Shown: in pieces, positions 25,368 to 39,185 of the stretch
How positions within the stretch are numbered: the stretch's first letter is position 1
Layout: every line of letters begins with the position of its first letter
DNA from: Macrostomum lignano
Lineage: Eukaryota
Length of the DNA stretch: 64,000 nt
Direction: 5' to 3'
NCBI GenBank assembly: GCA_002269645.1
Contig: NIVC01000129.1
Coordinates: forward strand, 46,755 to 110,754
Program-made: the position numbers and the translations under genes
Notes under the pieces: generated by a model
Database searches by the model: none
What the model saw: only the letters and a program-made list of their open reading frames with translations
What the model was told of the DNA's origin: nothing

Positions 25368-26469
25368 TCAAATGAACTCTTGAGTTCAAACTAAATTTGG
25401 GATAGCTAGGGGGAACTAACACACCGGTCGATAAATTTACATAAGTTTACGCTATCCGCTCTTCATTCGACGCCTCAAAACCCGTCACCGTTCTCTAAAC
25501 CTGAATGCCCCCACCAGCAGCTGCTCCCAATTCCCAAACTAAACATATTTTTAATACTATCAAAATCATTTGCACAGATTTTTCGAATAGCTATCTATGT
25601 ACATTTTTTGCGTTTTAATTCAGTGTATTTTTAAGTGGTTCAGACGGACAGTGCATTCTGCATTAACGGACGCTTATAGCTATAACCGCTGGCTACAAGG
25701 GTGAGTCAGGTACAATATTCTCCGCTTTCAAGCTCTTGTTAACATTCATGTACATGCAGAGACTCCCAGTTTTATTGCTTGAAATTAATTTATTGTAGTT
25801 AAAAAGGTACCGGAAATTCTAAAGTCTATATCTACTCGTAAACTAGTAAAAAATCCTATTTGTATTGTATTTTCATTTTTTTCATTTTGTTTAAATTTGT
25901 AAATTGTCGTTGTATAAAATTGATATTAGGCTATATTGCTTAAATCACAGACGTTGTAGGTTGAATCGATTTTTCATGTCATGGTCTGTCACTTGAAAAA
26001 ACGTTTCAAATAATGACAAGACAAATTTACGAGAACATGAAAAACATGACATGTAACATGAAACTCGTAACATGAAAAATCGATTAATGTGTCGTTAGAG
26101 CAGCATGTGAGGCCCAAAATAGTGTGATTAGGAGTTTCTCTGACACTGTTAAGAGACCCAATCACTGTTTTAGTGTTGACAATTGTGAAATTTCCTATCT
26201 CCGTAGTGTCTTTTTCCGGGGAAACCTGCCTTTAAAACTATTTTTGAACGAAAAGCTTTATGAATATCGATAGAGCAATAAGAAAGGCACAACATATCAA
26301 AAGATGAACACTGGATCTGCCTCCTATCAAAAGCAATAAAAATTTTTAAGCTGAAAAAATTAAAACCTCCTATCTCTGTAGTGTATTTTTCGGCGAAAAG
26401 TTGCCTTCAAAACATTTACCATAGATTTCGAGTGTTGCGTCCTTCTACTTAAGTTGTCCTTGCAATGTA

Positions 26470-26760
26470 CGCACAGGTCCAACTAACCCTGCCCCGCCCC
26501 AATGTACGTATGGATCCGACCAGCTACCCCACCCCAATGTACTCACGGGTCCGACCAACCCTGCCCTACCCCAATGTATGTATGGGTCTAGCCCTACCCC
26601 ACCCCAATGCAATGTACGTTATACGGGTCTGACCAACCCTACCCCACCCAAATGTACACACGGGTCCGACCAACCCTGCCCCACCCCAATGTACACACGG
26701 GTCCAACCAACCCTGCCCCACCCCAATGTACACACAGGTCAGATCAACCCTGCCAAATCC
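26470..26760. repeat. Degenerate about 37-bp minisatellite
   Basis: CCGACCAACCCTGCCCCACCCCAATGTACACACGGGT. Confidence 0.8.
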
Positions 26761-27239
26761 TTGTATTCAACTAAATTTTACATAGACCAGCTTTGGAAAC
26801 GATGCGGTCCATATTGACACAACAAACTAAATCTAAAAGGCAAAAGCCAATTGCTGAAAAAATTAAATTAACTGTTGAAGCACAATGTTTAAAGTACAAT
26901 AGACGCCAGATTATCAAAACTCCTTCAACTCCCTTTCCCTCAGAGTTTACGTGTTGCTTAGCACAATTATTTTGAATGTTGCTAATGAATTTTCTGCTCT
27001 CTTTGTTCACCAAAAAAAGAATTAGCTTTATTTTGACTCGATGTAATTTGTGCTTAATAAATCGGAAGGCACAAGCAATGTGATGACTTAATGAGCAACC
27101 TATACTACTGGAAGACAAGTCAGCAGTATGCAATAGAAGTCGTACGCACACTTTGTTTAATTATTTTTTAAAGTATGTTGTTTGGCCATCACAAAAGCTT
27201 TGAAATCAGCCGTATCTTCTCTAGTTCTCTGTTCCACAA

Positions 27240-28372
27240 TCTCCCACACTCTCCCACACTCTCCCACACTCTCCCACACTCTCCCACACTCTCCCACACT
27301 CTCCCACACTCTCCCACACTCTCCCACACTCTCCCACACTCTCCCACACTCTCCCACACTCTCCCACACTCTCCCACACTCTCCCACACTCTCCCACACT
27401 CTCCCACACTCTCCCACACTCTCCCACACTCTCCCACACTCTCCCACACACTCCCACACTCTCCCACACTCTCCCACACTCTTCAACTCTCTTCCACTCT
27501 CCCCCACACTCTCCCACTCTCTCTCATTCTCTCCCACACTCTCCCACACTCTCCCACACTCTTCAACTCTCTTCTACTCTTTCCCACACTCTCCCACACT
27601 CTCCCACACTCTCCCACACTCTCCCACACTCTCCCACACTCTCCCACACTCTCCCACACTCTCCCACACTCTCCCACACTCTCCCACACTCTCCCACACT
27701 CTCCCACACTCTCCCACACTCTCCCACACTCTCCCACACTCTCCCACACTCTCCCACACTCTCCCACACTCTCCCACACTCTCCCACACTCTCCCACACT
27801 CTCCCACACTCTCCCACACTCTCCCACACTCTCTCACACTCTCCCACTCTCTCCAACTCTTCCACTCTGTCTCACTCTTTCCCACTCTCTCCCACTCTCT
27901 CCCACTCTCTCCCACTCTCTCCCACTCTCTCTCACACTCTCCCACTCTCTCCCACACTCTCTCACACTCTCCCACACTCTCCCACACTCTCCCACACTCT
28001 CCCACACTCTCCCACACTCTCCCACACTCTCCCACACTCTCCCACACTCTCCCACACTCTCCCACACTCTTCCACACTCTCCCACTCTCTCCCACACTCT
28101 CCCACACTCTCCCACTCTCTCCCACTCTCTCCCACTCTCTCCCACACTCTCTCACACTCTCCAACTCTCTTCCACACTCTCCCACTCTCTCCAACTCTCT
28201 TCCACTCTCTCTCACTCTTTCCCACTCTCTCCAACATCCTCCCACTCTCTCACACCCTCCCACTCTCTCCCACACTCTCTCACACTCTCCCACTCTCTCC
28301 AACACTCTCTCACACTCTCCCACTCTCTCCCACTCTCTCCCACACTCTCCAACACTCTCTCACTCTCTCACG
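27240..28372. repeat. 10-bp minisatellite
   Basis: (CTCCCACACT)n. Confidence 0.95.
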
Positions 28373-28489
28373 TACTTTTCCACTCCGATTTTCTCCCGAT
28401 TCTAACTACTCTAATTAGTCTCTCGACTGTAAAACGGTCTAAAACAATCTACAATATACTTTATATGACTCGATCTACAAAACTCTAAA

Positions 28490-29100
28490 GACTCTACAAG
28501 ACTCGACAGAACTCTAAAAGACTTTATAAGACTCTACAATACTTAAAGTACTATAAAATACTCTATAAGACTCTTTGATGCTCTACAGTACTCTGCAAGA
28601 CTCTACAGGACTCAAAAAGACTGTAAAACACTCATACAAGACTCTACAAGACTCAGAAAGACGGTAAAACACTCATACAATACTCTACAAGACTCAGAAA
28701 GACTGTAAAACACTCATACAAGACTCTACAAGACTTAAAAAGACTGTAAAACACTCATACAAGACTCTACAAGACTTAAAAAGACTGTAAAACACTCATA
28801 CAAGACTCTACAAGACTCAGAAAGACGGTAAAACACTCATACAATACTCTACAAGACTCAGAAAGACTGTAAAACACTCATACAAGATTCTACAATACTC
28901 AGAAAGACTGTAAAACACTCATACAATACTCTACAAGACTCAGAAAGACTGTAAAACACTCATACAAGACTCTACAAGACTTAAAAAGACTGTAAAACAC
29001 TCATACAAGACTCTACAAGACTTAAAAAGACTGTAAAACACTCATACAAGACTCTACAAGACTTAAAAAGACTGTAAAACACTCATACAAGACTCTACGA
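28490..29100. repeat. 41-bp minisatellite
   Basis: AGACTGTAAAACACTCATACAAGACTCTACAAGACTTAAAA. Confidence 0.9.
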
Positions 29101-29547
29101 GACTATTCCCGGCGGCGCGCAGAAATCCCCAGAAGACTGATCAAGTAATTTGCTATTTCGAGCGTAGATTGCAAACCGGAAGCCTCAATTAGCATGCAAA
29201 TTTATTGCACTTGCCGATGCAAATCCAATCTGATTGGAGATTACCAGCCTGAAGGATTACTACGTCTCTAGAATTCGAGTTGGAACAGCCTGTGCAGTCA
29301 AAATCGAATGATAATTTTTCACTCTAAACTCTGTAATTCTCTGTGACAATTTTTGCTAAAAGATTTTGCAAACAGATTGCTGCAGCATAGTGCCAGCATA
29401 GGATGAAGTGTAAACAGACTAATTTATGCAAAAACGGGCTTCATGGCATGTATATAAATTCGCGAAAAGTTAGCAAGAATCTGCCTTTTGATTTCCGACG
29501 GAGACGATAATCATTGAATACAAACCAGCACATATTCTTTCCCAGCA

Positions 29548-32063
<2,516 letters not shown>

Positions 32064-32653
32064 GGCAACTGTTTTGGCTTTTGATAGCTTCTTGAAATAA
32101 ACTACTAGTAGTAGGCTGAATGTTTATACAGATCAGTTGACACAAGCAACAGTCTTAATTCGCAAATGCGTTTTATTTAAACTTTAGGACGTCGTGTCAA
32201 GATTAAGAAATGTGCTGTTTCGCGGTCTAGGCGCCATGTTAAACAGTCTTTATTTTCTCATGCTTAATCTTTTATACTCGTATTTTGAACTGTTTAATTT
32301 AGTCACCACCCAATCAAAAATGCGCCTCAGTAGCAACCTAAAATCAGTTTTTTATCTTTACTATCAGTACTTTGTCAGACATTTTTCTGCAAATAATTTT
32401 GAAATGGCTTTGGATTGTTTAAGTTTCTATCTCGCTTAATTTTTTAAATAACTTATCGCTTCTTTAAATACTCGTGAGCAATGGCTAGTGATTATTTGTG
32501 TCCCTTGAAAATTACAATAAATCCGGAACTTTTCTATACAAAGAACTTTTGAAATCATTTTATTATTGTAAGAGGCGTGAATGTTTTCGCTGTTGTGTGG
32601 TTGTTATAGGGTTGGAGGTATTCATCTGCAAATAATCGCAAATAAGTTTACAT

Positions 32654-32665
32654 TGGTGGCAGCGG
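32654..32665 (+). promoter_or_regulatory. Primer-binding site complementary to tRNA-Leu 3' end
   Basis: TGGTGGCAGCGG, 1 nt after the 5' LTR; complementary to ...CCGCUGCCACCA, the 3' end of eukaryotic tRNA-Leu(AAG). Confidence 0.75.
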
Positions 32666-32689
32666 CCTCAGTTGCAAACCGGCTCACTC

Positions 32690-33532
32690 ATGGCGCACGC
32701 AAATGCACTTTTACCGCCAAAGTTTTCTGGCTCAGACGATACCGATATCAACATGTGGCTGAAGATGTTCGAGGACTTTGCAGCAGATTCTGAGTGGAAT
32801 GACACCAAGATGGCATCCAAGATCAAACTGCTTCTATCAGGTGAAGCCCTCGTGTTCGTCTGGGACCTGCCAGTGGCCAAACAGAGCAGCTACAAGATCT
32901 TAAAGGACGAACTCGTCAAGTTCTACAGAAGCAAGGATAACACTTTTCGCGCTATGTCTGAGTTCGAGAGCCGGAAGAGACGCCAAGGAGAGTCGCTGAG
33001 GGAGCTGTGCTACGCACTCAAGCTTCTGTATCGAAAGGCACGCCCGGAGCACGCTCAAACGGTGAGAGATTGCGAAGTGCGACACCGACTGCTAGCTCTG
33101 CTACCGACAGAGATTCGTGAGGCTCTGTTGAAAGCTTCGGATTATGACAGCAGCAGTCCTGAACAGCTGGCAGACCGCGCCACAGCGCTGGAGAGCATCG
33201 GCAGCAAAGGAGCCCCGGCAAGCGTCGCAGTGACATCGGTGAGCAGCCAAGTGACAGACCGGCTGGAGCAAATGCAAGAGCAGTTGGCGGATCTGGCTGC
33301 GACAGTCGCCACCATTGGCAGCCGCGGAGGACAGCGCGGTGGGAGAAGGAATGCAGCTCGTGGAAGAGGCAGCACCCGTGGAAAATGCTTCAACTGCGCT
33401 CAGCCCGGTCATTTCGCTGCTCAGTGTCCAGGCAAGCAAGTCGCGCCAGCTGTGCCGTCTGTGTGCAGCCGCTGCTCAGGCAGAGGACACCGGGCCGAGG
33501 TCTGCCCGACCCCGGCTTCGGGAAACTTCTGA
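32690..33532 (+). CDS. gag: Retrotransposon Gag with two CCHC zinc knuckles
   Basis: ATG 32690 to TGA 33532; CFNCAQPGHFAAQC and CSRCSGRGHRAEVC. Confidence 0.9.
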   Translation: MAHANALLPPKFSGSDDTDINMWLKMFEDFAADSEWNDTKMASKIKLLLSGEALVFVWDLPVAKQSSYKILKDELVKFYRSKDNTFRAMSEFESRKRRQGESLRELCYALKLLYRKARPEHAQTVRDCEVRHRLLALLPTEIREALLKASDYDSSSPEQLADRATALESIGSKGAPASVAVTSVSSQVTDRLEQMQEQLADLAATVATIGSRGGQRGGRRNAARGRGSTRGKCFNCAQPGHFAAQCPGKQVAPAVPSVCSRCSGRGHRAEVCPTPASGNF

Positions 33533-33577
33533 GGACTGGTGAGCGCGGGCCATCACCAGCCCTGCCTAGCAAGGCCC
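33520..33577 (+). promoter_or_regulatory. -1 programmed ribosomal frameshift signal (gag-pol)
   Basis: Slippery G GGA AAC in the gag frame; stem CTGGTGA/TCACCAG (33536-42/33553-59); loop GGGCC complementary to GGCCC (33573-77); pol continues in the -1 frame. Confidence 0.75.
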
Positions 33578-36349
33578 AAACCGTCTCAATATTTCTGCCC
33601 GGCAGCATTGCTGGCCGGCCCTGCAGGTGGCTGTTCGACACTGGCGCACAGGTAACTTTGGTTTCAGCTGCGCTGCTTCGAGTTCTAAGAGTCGATGCTC
33701 AGTTTCATCCTCCTATCAGCACTCCGGTCGGAATCGATGGTCGACGCTTGGAGTCTCCGGCGAGTGCAACGCTAGCGATACAGCTAGAGGGACTGCCATC
33801 CGTGGAGCACCAGGTAATGGTGGTTGCCGGGATTCAGCCGGAATGCGTGCTCGGTATGGACACCATCGGAAAATGTGCTCAAGTTTTAGCGTCAATCTCC
33901 CGGCGTCTTCTGTCCAGCTGGGGTCAACCAGGATCTCGATCTTGCCGGACAGGAGCTCCTCGCAGGCCTGCCGAGTGGTGCCCACCGCCGTGATAGCCAG
34001 AGTTGCCAGCACCGTGTCCATTCCAGCCCGCAGCCGCGTCATCATCCCAGTCAAAATGCCATCGTCTGTCGAGCAGGGTCTATTCGAGCCCAGCTCAGAT
34101 TTTATCGACAAGACTGGCCTGCTGCTAAACAGGGCTCTGGTGGTCTCCAGCGTAGATGGAAATCTCCCAGTGGGCGTCTGCAACGTCAGTGCCGACCCGG
34201 TGGTGCTCTACCAGAACCAGGCAGTCGGCAACTTCGACGCTGCAGAGGTAAACGGAGCAGACGGTGAACCTGGTGAAGAGGAAGCTGGCTTTAACATCAA
34301 CCCGGAGCTGAGCGAGTCGCAGCGCGAGCGCATCGAAGCCTTGCTGTGCCAGGCAGAGCAGGCATTCGCCAGGCACGAGTTTGACCTGGGAACAACACAC
34401 CTGCTGCAACACGAGATTAATCTGGAACCCGGCAGTCGCCCCATCAAGCACAGGCAGCGGACCGTTCCCCTGAATTACCGGCAGCAAGTGGACGAAAAAA
34501 TTAGCGAGATGCGGCGTCACGGGATTATCGAGCCGTCCTGCAGTCCATGGGCGAGTAATCTGCTTGTGGTGCGAAAGAAAAACAACGAGATCCGAATCTG
34601 CACCGACTGGAGAGCCCTCAACTCGTGCACCGTGAAGGACGCCTACCCGCTGCCTCCGCTGTCTGCTGCGCTGGACGCGCTCACTGGAAGCAGTTGGTTC
34701 AGCACTCTTGATCTCCGCCAAGGGTTCCTGCAGGTTGAGCTGCGAGAGCAAGACCGGGAGAAGACCGCTTTCTACACCACGCAGGGCCTGATGCAGTACA
34801 GGAAACTCGGGTTCGGCCTCTGCAACGCCCCGGCAACCTTTCAGCGCCTGATGGACCTAACGATGGCCGGCCTGAACTGGACAGAGGTGCTCACGTACAT
34901 GGACGATCTGATTCTGTTTAGTCAGACCTTCGAGAAGCACGCGGAAACACTGGAACAGGTCCTGGGAAGACTGCAGTCTGCTGGCCTCAAATTGAACAAG
35001 CGCAAGAGCTACTTCTGCTTCCAGGAGGTTGAGTACCTAGGGCACAAAATCTCGGCAGAAGGCATTCGACCAACTCAGGACAAGGTCAGCGCTATCCAGT
35101 CCATCCCGATACCCGAATGCGCTGAGGATGTTCGCCGGCTTGTCGGCATGCTGGGCTTCTACCGGCGTTTCGTTCCGCACTTCGCCAGCATCGCTAACCC
35201 GCTTCATCAGGCGACTCAGAAGAGTCGACAGTTTCAATGGACAACTCAGTGGGATGACGCTCTGCGGAAGCTGAAGTCAGCTCTGTCGACACCACCCGTA
35301 CTGAAGCTGCCTGACTTCTCCAAGGGATTCCGGTTGTGCTGTGACAGCAGCGGAGTGGCCATCGCCAGCGTCCTGAGCCAGCTCCACGAAGATGCCGAGT
35401 GTCCGGTAGCCTACGCGTCGAGAGTCCTGAACAAAGCGGAGCGCAATTATTCGACTACCCACAGAGAGCTTCTTGCGGTGGTCTGGGCGATGAAGCATTT
35501 CCGGAACTACTTGGCGTCCGCTGGCGAAATTCTCTTCTTCACCGACCACAAGCCGTTGCAAGGGCTGCTCAACACCAAGGAGCCAGAAGGCCGGCTAGCC
35601 AGATGGATTACGTTTCTGCAGGAGATCAACTTCAAGCTGCTCTTCAGACCTGGTCACGAAAATGTGGTTGCGGACGCGCTAAGCCGAGCAGCGGCGACCC
35701 GGCTGCACCCTGCCTGGTCGGACAACGACATCCGTGTAGCGCAGGCTGACGACCCAGTGCTAGCGGCGGCTCGACAAGTGCTCCTCGGACAAAGGCCAAG
35801 ACGTGGCAAGGCTGCAGATGACGCAGAACACCTGGTGAGGACAGAGAAGCTGGACCTTGGTGAAGATGGCGTCCTCAAGAAGAGTGGCCAACCCGTCATC
35901 CCGCGGCAGCTTCGCCAGGACCTGCTGCAGCTGCTGCACGACGATCCTGCAAGCGGGCACCTCGGAACCGAAAGGACGCTGGCCAGAGTCATCAGCAGAG
36001 CTTGGTGGCCCGGCCTAAAGGACGACGTCCAGCACTGGGTGAGCAGCTGCGAAGTGTGTCAGTGTCGCAAGGTACCGCATCAGCACCAGAGGGCACCGCT
36101 GCAGATCAACACCGTGCCATCAGCTCCTTGGGAGATGGTGCAGGTGGACATCAAAGGGCCCCTCCCAGAGACTGAAGCCGGCTTCAGGTACATCATCTGC
36201 TTCATGGACGTGTTCTCCAAGTGGGTTGAGGCGACCGCGGTGTCCAACATTGAGGCCCGGACGGTTGCGGATGCGCTGCTAAGGAGTGTCGTTCTTCGCC
36301 ATGGAGCGCCCGAAGTCATCCACTCCGATCAGGGTCGTCAGTTTGAAAG

Positions 36350-36613
36350 TGTCGGATTTCCATCCTCCAAATATTTGTACTTTCTATTACCTTGTACTTT
36401 TCAGTTAGCCGTCTCCCTTTGTCTAACTTGCCTTTTCCACAGACTATCGTAACCGTTCATTTACCACAGACAATTTGGCTGGCCTGTTCATCATTGTTAG
36501 TATAAATACAACTTCAACCCGCGGCTTGGCCCCTCACTTCTTTCCCCTCTCTTCCTTTCTGCACCACTTATATCTCGTTCTATTAGTTTATTGTCTATTC
36601 GACAATTTTGGTA
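36350..36613. mobile_element. Solo-LTR-like insertion inside integrase
   Basis: TGTCG...CGACA (36350-36604), TATAAAT at 36501, 9 extra nt ATTTTGGTA, flanked by duplicated GAAAG (36345-49 / 36614-18). Confidence 0.65.
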
Positions 36614-38164
36614 GAAAGTGACATCTTCCAAGTGCTGTGCCGCCTGTTGGATATTCGCAAGACAAGGACGACGCCCTTCCATCCCAGCGGCAACCCTGCA
36701 GTCGAGCGGTTCAATCGAACATTAGGCGATATGCTGGCGGCGTACTGCATGGAGCAGCAGAACTAAATGGGCGGACTTCCTGCCGTACGTCATCTGGGCG
36801 TACAACTCTTCAGCACACTGCACCACCAAGAGGTCGCCCTACGCAGTGCTTCACGGATGTGACCCCAGGATCCCGGCAGAGCTCAGTTTACCTGCAGGCG
36901 GCGAAAGGAGGCTCGTCACGGACACGCTGGCAGACGCTCGCACCGGCTTGCAGCTCGTGCGGCAGCGCCTGCAGTCGACACAGCGGTCACGGAAGCAGCA
37001 GTACGACAAGCGCCAGCACTTCACGCCGATCCAAGTCGGGCAGCTGGTGATGCTCAGCAACCCGGCGGTGTTGAAGGGCCAGTCCAAGGCTCTCCGTTGG
37101 CGGTGGCTGGGACCGTACCGCGTGCTCGAGAGGCTGGGCCCCGTCACCTACCGGATCTCAAAACCCGCCGATCGGAGACGAAGCACGGTGGTGCATCACG
37201 ACCGGCTCAAGCTGTTTGTGCGCAGGCGGCCGCAGCCCGCTTCCTGGCAGTCCGCCCCGACTCCGCCCGCTGCAGAGGCCGGCCGACCGCCCAGCCCGGC
37301 TGTCGATCCGCGGCTGACCTGGACGGACTTGCTGGATGAGCCGACCGCAGTCGGCCCTCGGCGTTCTGCAAGGACTCGAAGACCGCCTGATTTTTATGCT
37401 GCGCAAAACTAGTTTACTGGTAATTTTTGCTATTCGTGCGTTTTTTATTCTCATGGTTTTACTGCCTCTTTTGTCTTTTCGTAGTTTTTTTATTATCCTC
37501 AATTTAGGGAAGGAATGATGTAAGAGGCGTGAATGTTTTCGCTGTTGTGTGGTTGTTATAGGGTTGGAGGTATTCATCTGCAAATAATCGCGATGTACAT
37601 TGATTGACGTACATTGCAAATATATAAATCGTTGCGCGTGGCTTTAGCCACTTCGTGTGTTTTTGGTCTCGCTTAACTCTCGCCTTCTCTCAGTTTACAT
37701 TATGAATAATAAAACTATATTTCTTTCTTACTTTCTTAATTACTCACTTATATGCTATTTTAGTGCCGTTTATCTCGAAGCTTTGTCAAAGCGCTAGATG
37801 CCAGGCAGATGTCAGAGTTAAAAATAGAACGGGTACTCACAAGAGAAAGAACTATTTTTACATTGTTTATGAGGGTGAATTCATACTTTTTGTTATTTTT
37901 ACACGAGCTTCAATAGAGTTTAGAGAGAAGCAAGGTGGCGTGTAACAGTCTCGCAAGATTTCTGTATTCAAGTACTTTAATGTACAACAGAAGCCACGGT
38001 GAGCAGTAGCTATTTTGGCTTAGTATAGTCTCATAGCTATAAATAGCGATTGCTGTTTTGAAACTGTTTGAAGGAACCTAAAGCTTTTATAAATACGAGC
38101 GTGAATCCGGTTAGTTGCTAAAATCTTAATTAAGAGGGAAAAGTAAACCTCAGAATTTCTAAAA

Positions 38165-39185
38165 ATGTCTAACAGCAGGCAAACGGTCAAGCTGGCCATC
38201 ATTGGTGACAAAGGCGTTGGCAAGAGCAGCCTGATGGAACGCCATCATAAACAGGACAATTTTGAATGCGATCGTCAGAGACTGAATGTCGGCCTGGCGT
38301 ACAGCGTCTGCCTGCACCGCTGCGGCCCCGGCTCTGAGGATGTCGAGCTCCGCGTCTGGGAGCTGCCAGCTGGGGAGTCTTACTCGGCCATTGCTGAATG
38401 CTACGCAGCTGACGCGGACGCGCTGCTGCTTCTGTTCGACGCCACGCGTCAGGACTCGACGTTGGAGTTTCTGCAGCGTCGAATCGCCCAGCAACAGCTG
38501 CTTGCTGCTTCAGGTGCGAATTGAACGATTCCCATTTTTAAACCTTCCCTGGAAAAACATTATTTGATCTGGGGCAGTGAATATAACCATTCTTTTAATT
38601 TAGCATGCACAACATGCTTCTCTATTGTATTTTATAGATGTTTTTTTAGATTTTATAAGCCCAAAATCGTTGTTAATACTCGCAAGTAGCATTGGCTGAA
38701 CTTTTTGTTTGCGAGTATTTACAAGTTTGGGTTTATATAATCTAAAAAAACAATATATACTACAGTGGTACTTGCCTTTCAGTTTTGTGGCAAACATGCA
38801 TGCTGCCACTGTAACATTGTCCATGATTATTTCAGGTCAGCCGGCAATGCTGGTCTGCTGCAAGTCCGACGCTGAGCAGCAGCAGTGCGAAGAGCTGCCG
38901 GACAAGTTGAATTTCTTGGTGGAAGGCACGACTGTGACTCTGCCATTGCGGGCCGCTTCCGCCCTGACCGGAATCGGCGTGGACACCGTCTTCAATGACA
39001 TTGTCAACGCGGTACTGCAGAAACGACTACAGCAGCAACAGCAGCAACAGTCTGCAGTGCAGGTCCAGGCTGTCAATCAGGGGGATCAGACTACTGGGGT
39101 CCCGCTTAGACGACGGGCCTCGAAACTGAGATCGTCGCTGAGGCGAAGCTTCTCTATTAGATCTCGAGGCACGATCGGCATCTAA
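38165..39185 (+). CDS. Atypical Ras/Rab-superfamily small GTPase, 232 aa
   Basis: Exons 38165-38513 (G|GTGCGA) and 38836-39185 (ttcag|), phase 1. G1 GDKGVGKSS, G3 WELPAG, LLLLFD strand, G4 CKSD, G5 ASALTG. Confidence 0.85.

Larger units (their letters stand above)
33520..37412 (+). pseudogene. pol: Retrotransposon Pol (protease, RT, RNase H, integrase), disrupted
   Basis: PR LFDTGA (33385 frame); frame change near 33870; RT YMDD, RNase H, HHCC and integrase VDIKG/HSDQG in the 33627 frame; 263-bp insertion at about 36351; resumes ESDIFQ...AVERFN; +1 frameshift/TAA at 36764; GPY module WLGPYRV; stop 37412. Confidence 0.9.
32567..37699 (+). mobile_element. Ty3/Gypsy LTR retrotransposon, full length, pol disrupted
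   Basis: LTRs TGTAAG...TTTACA at 32567-32652 and 37519-37699 (first 73 bp identical), TSD TTAT (32563-66 / 37700-03), PBS at 32654, PPT AGGGAAGGAA at 37506-15. Domain order gag-PR-RT-RH-IN. Confidence 0.95.

Noticed and set aside
27157-28488. HTLPHSPTLS / WESVGECGRV ORFs up to 437 aa
   Set aside because: 10-bp minisatellite artefact.
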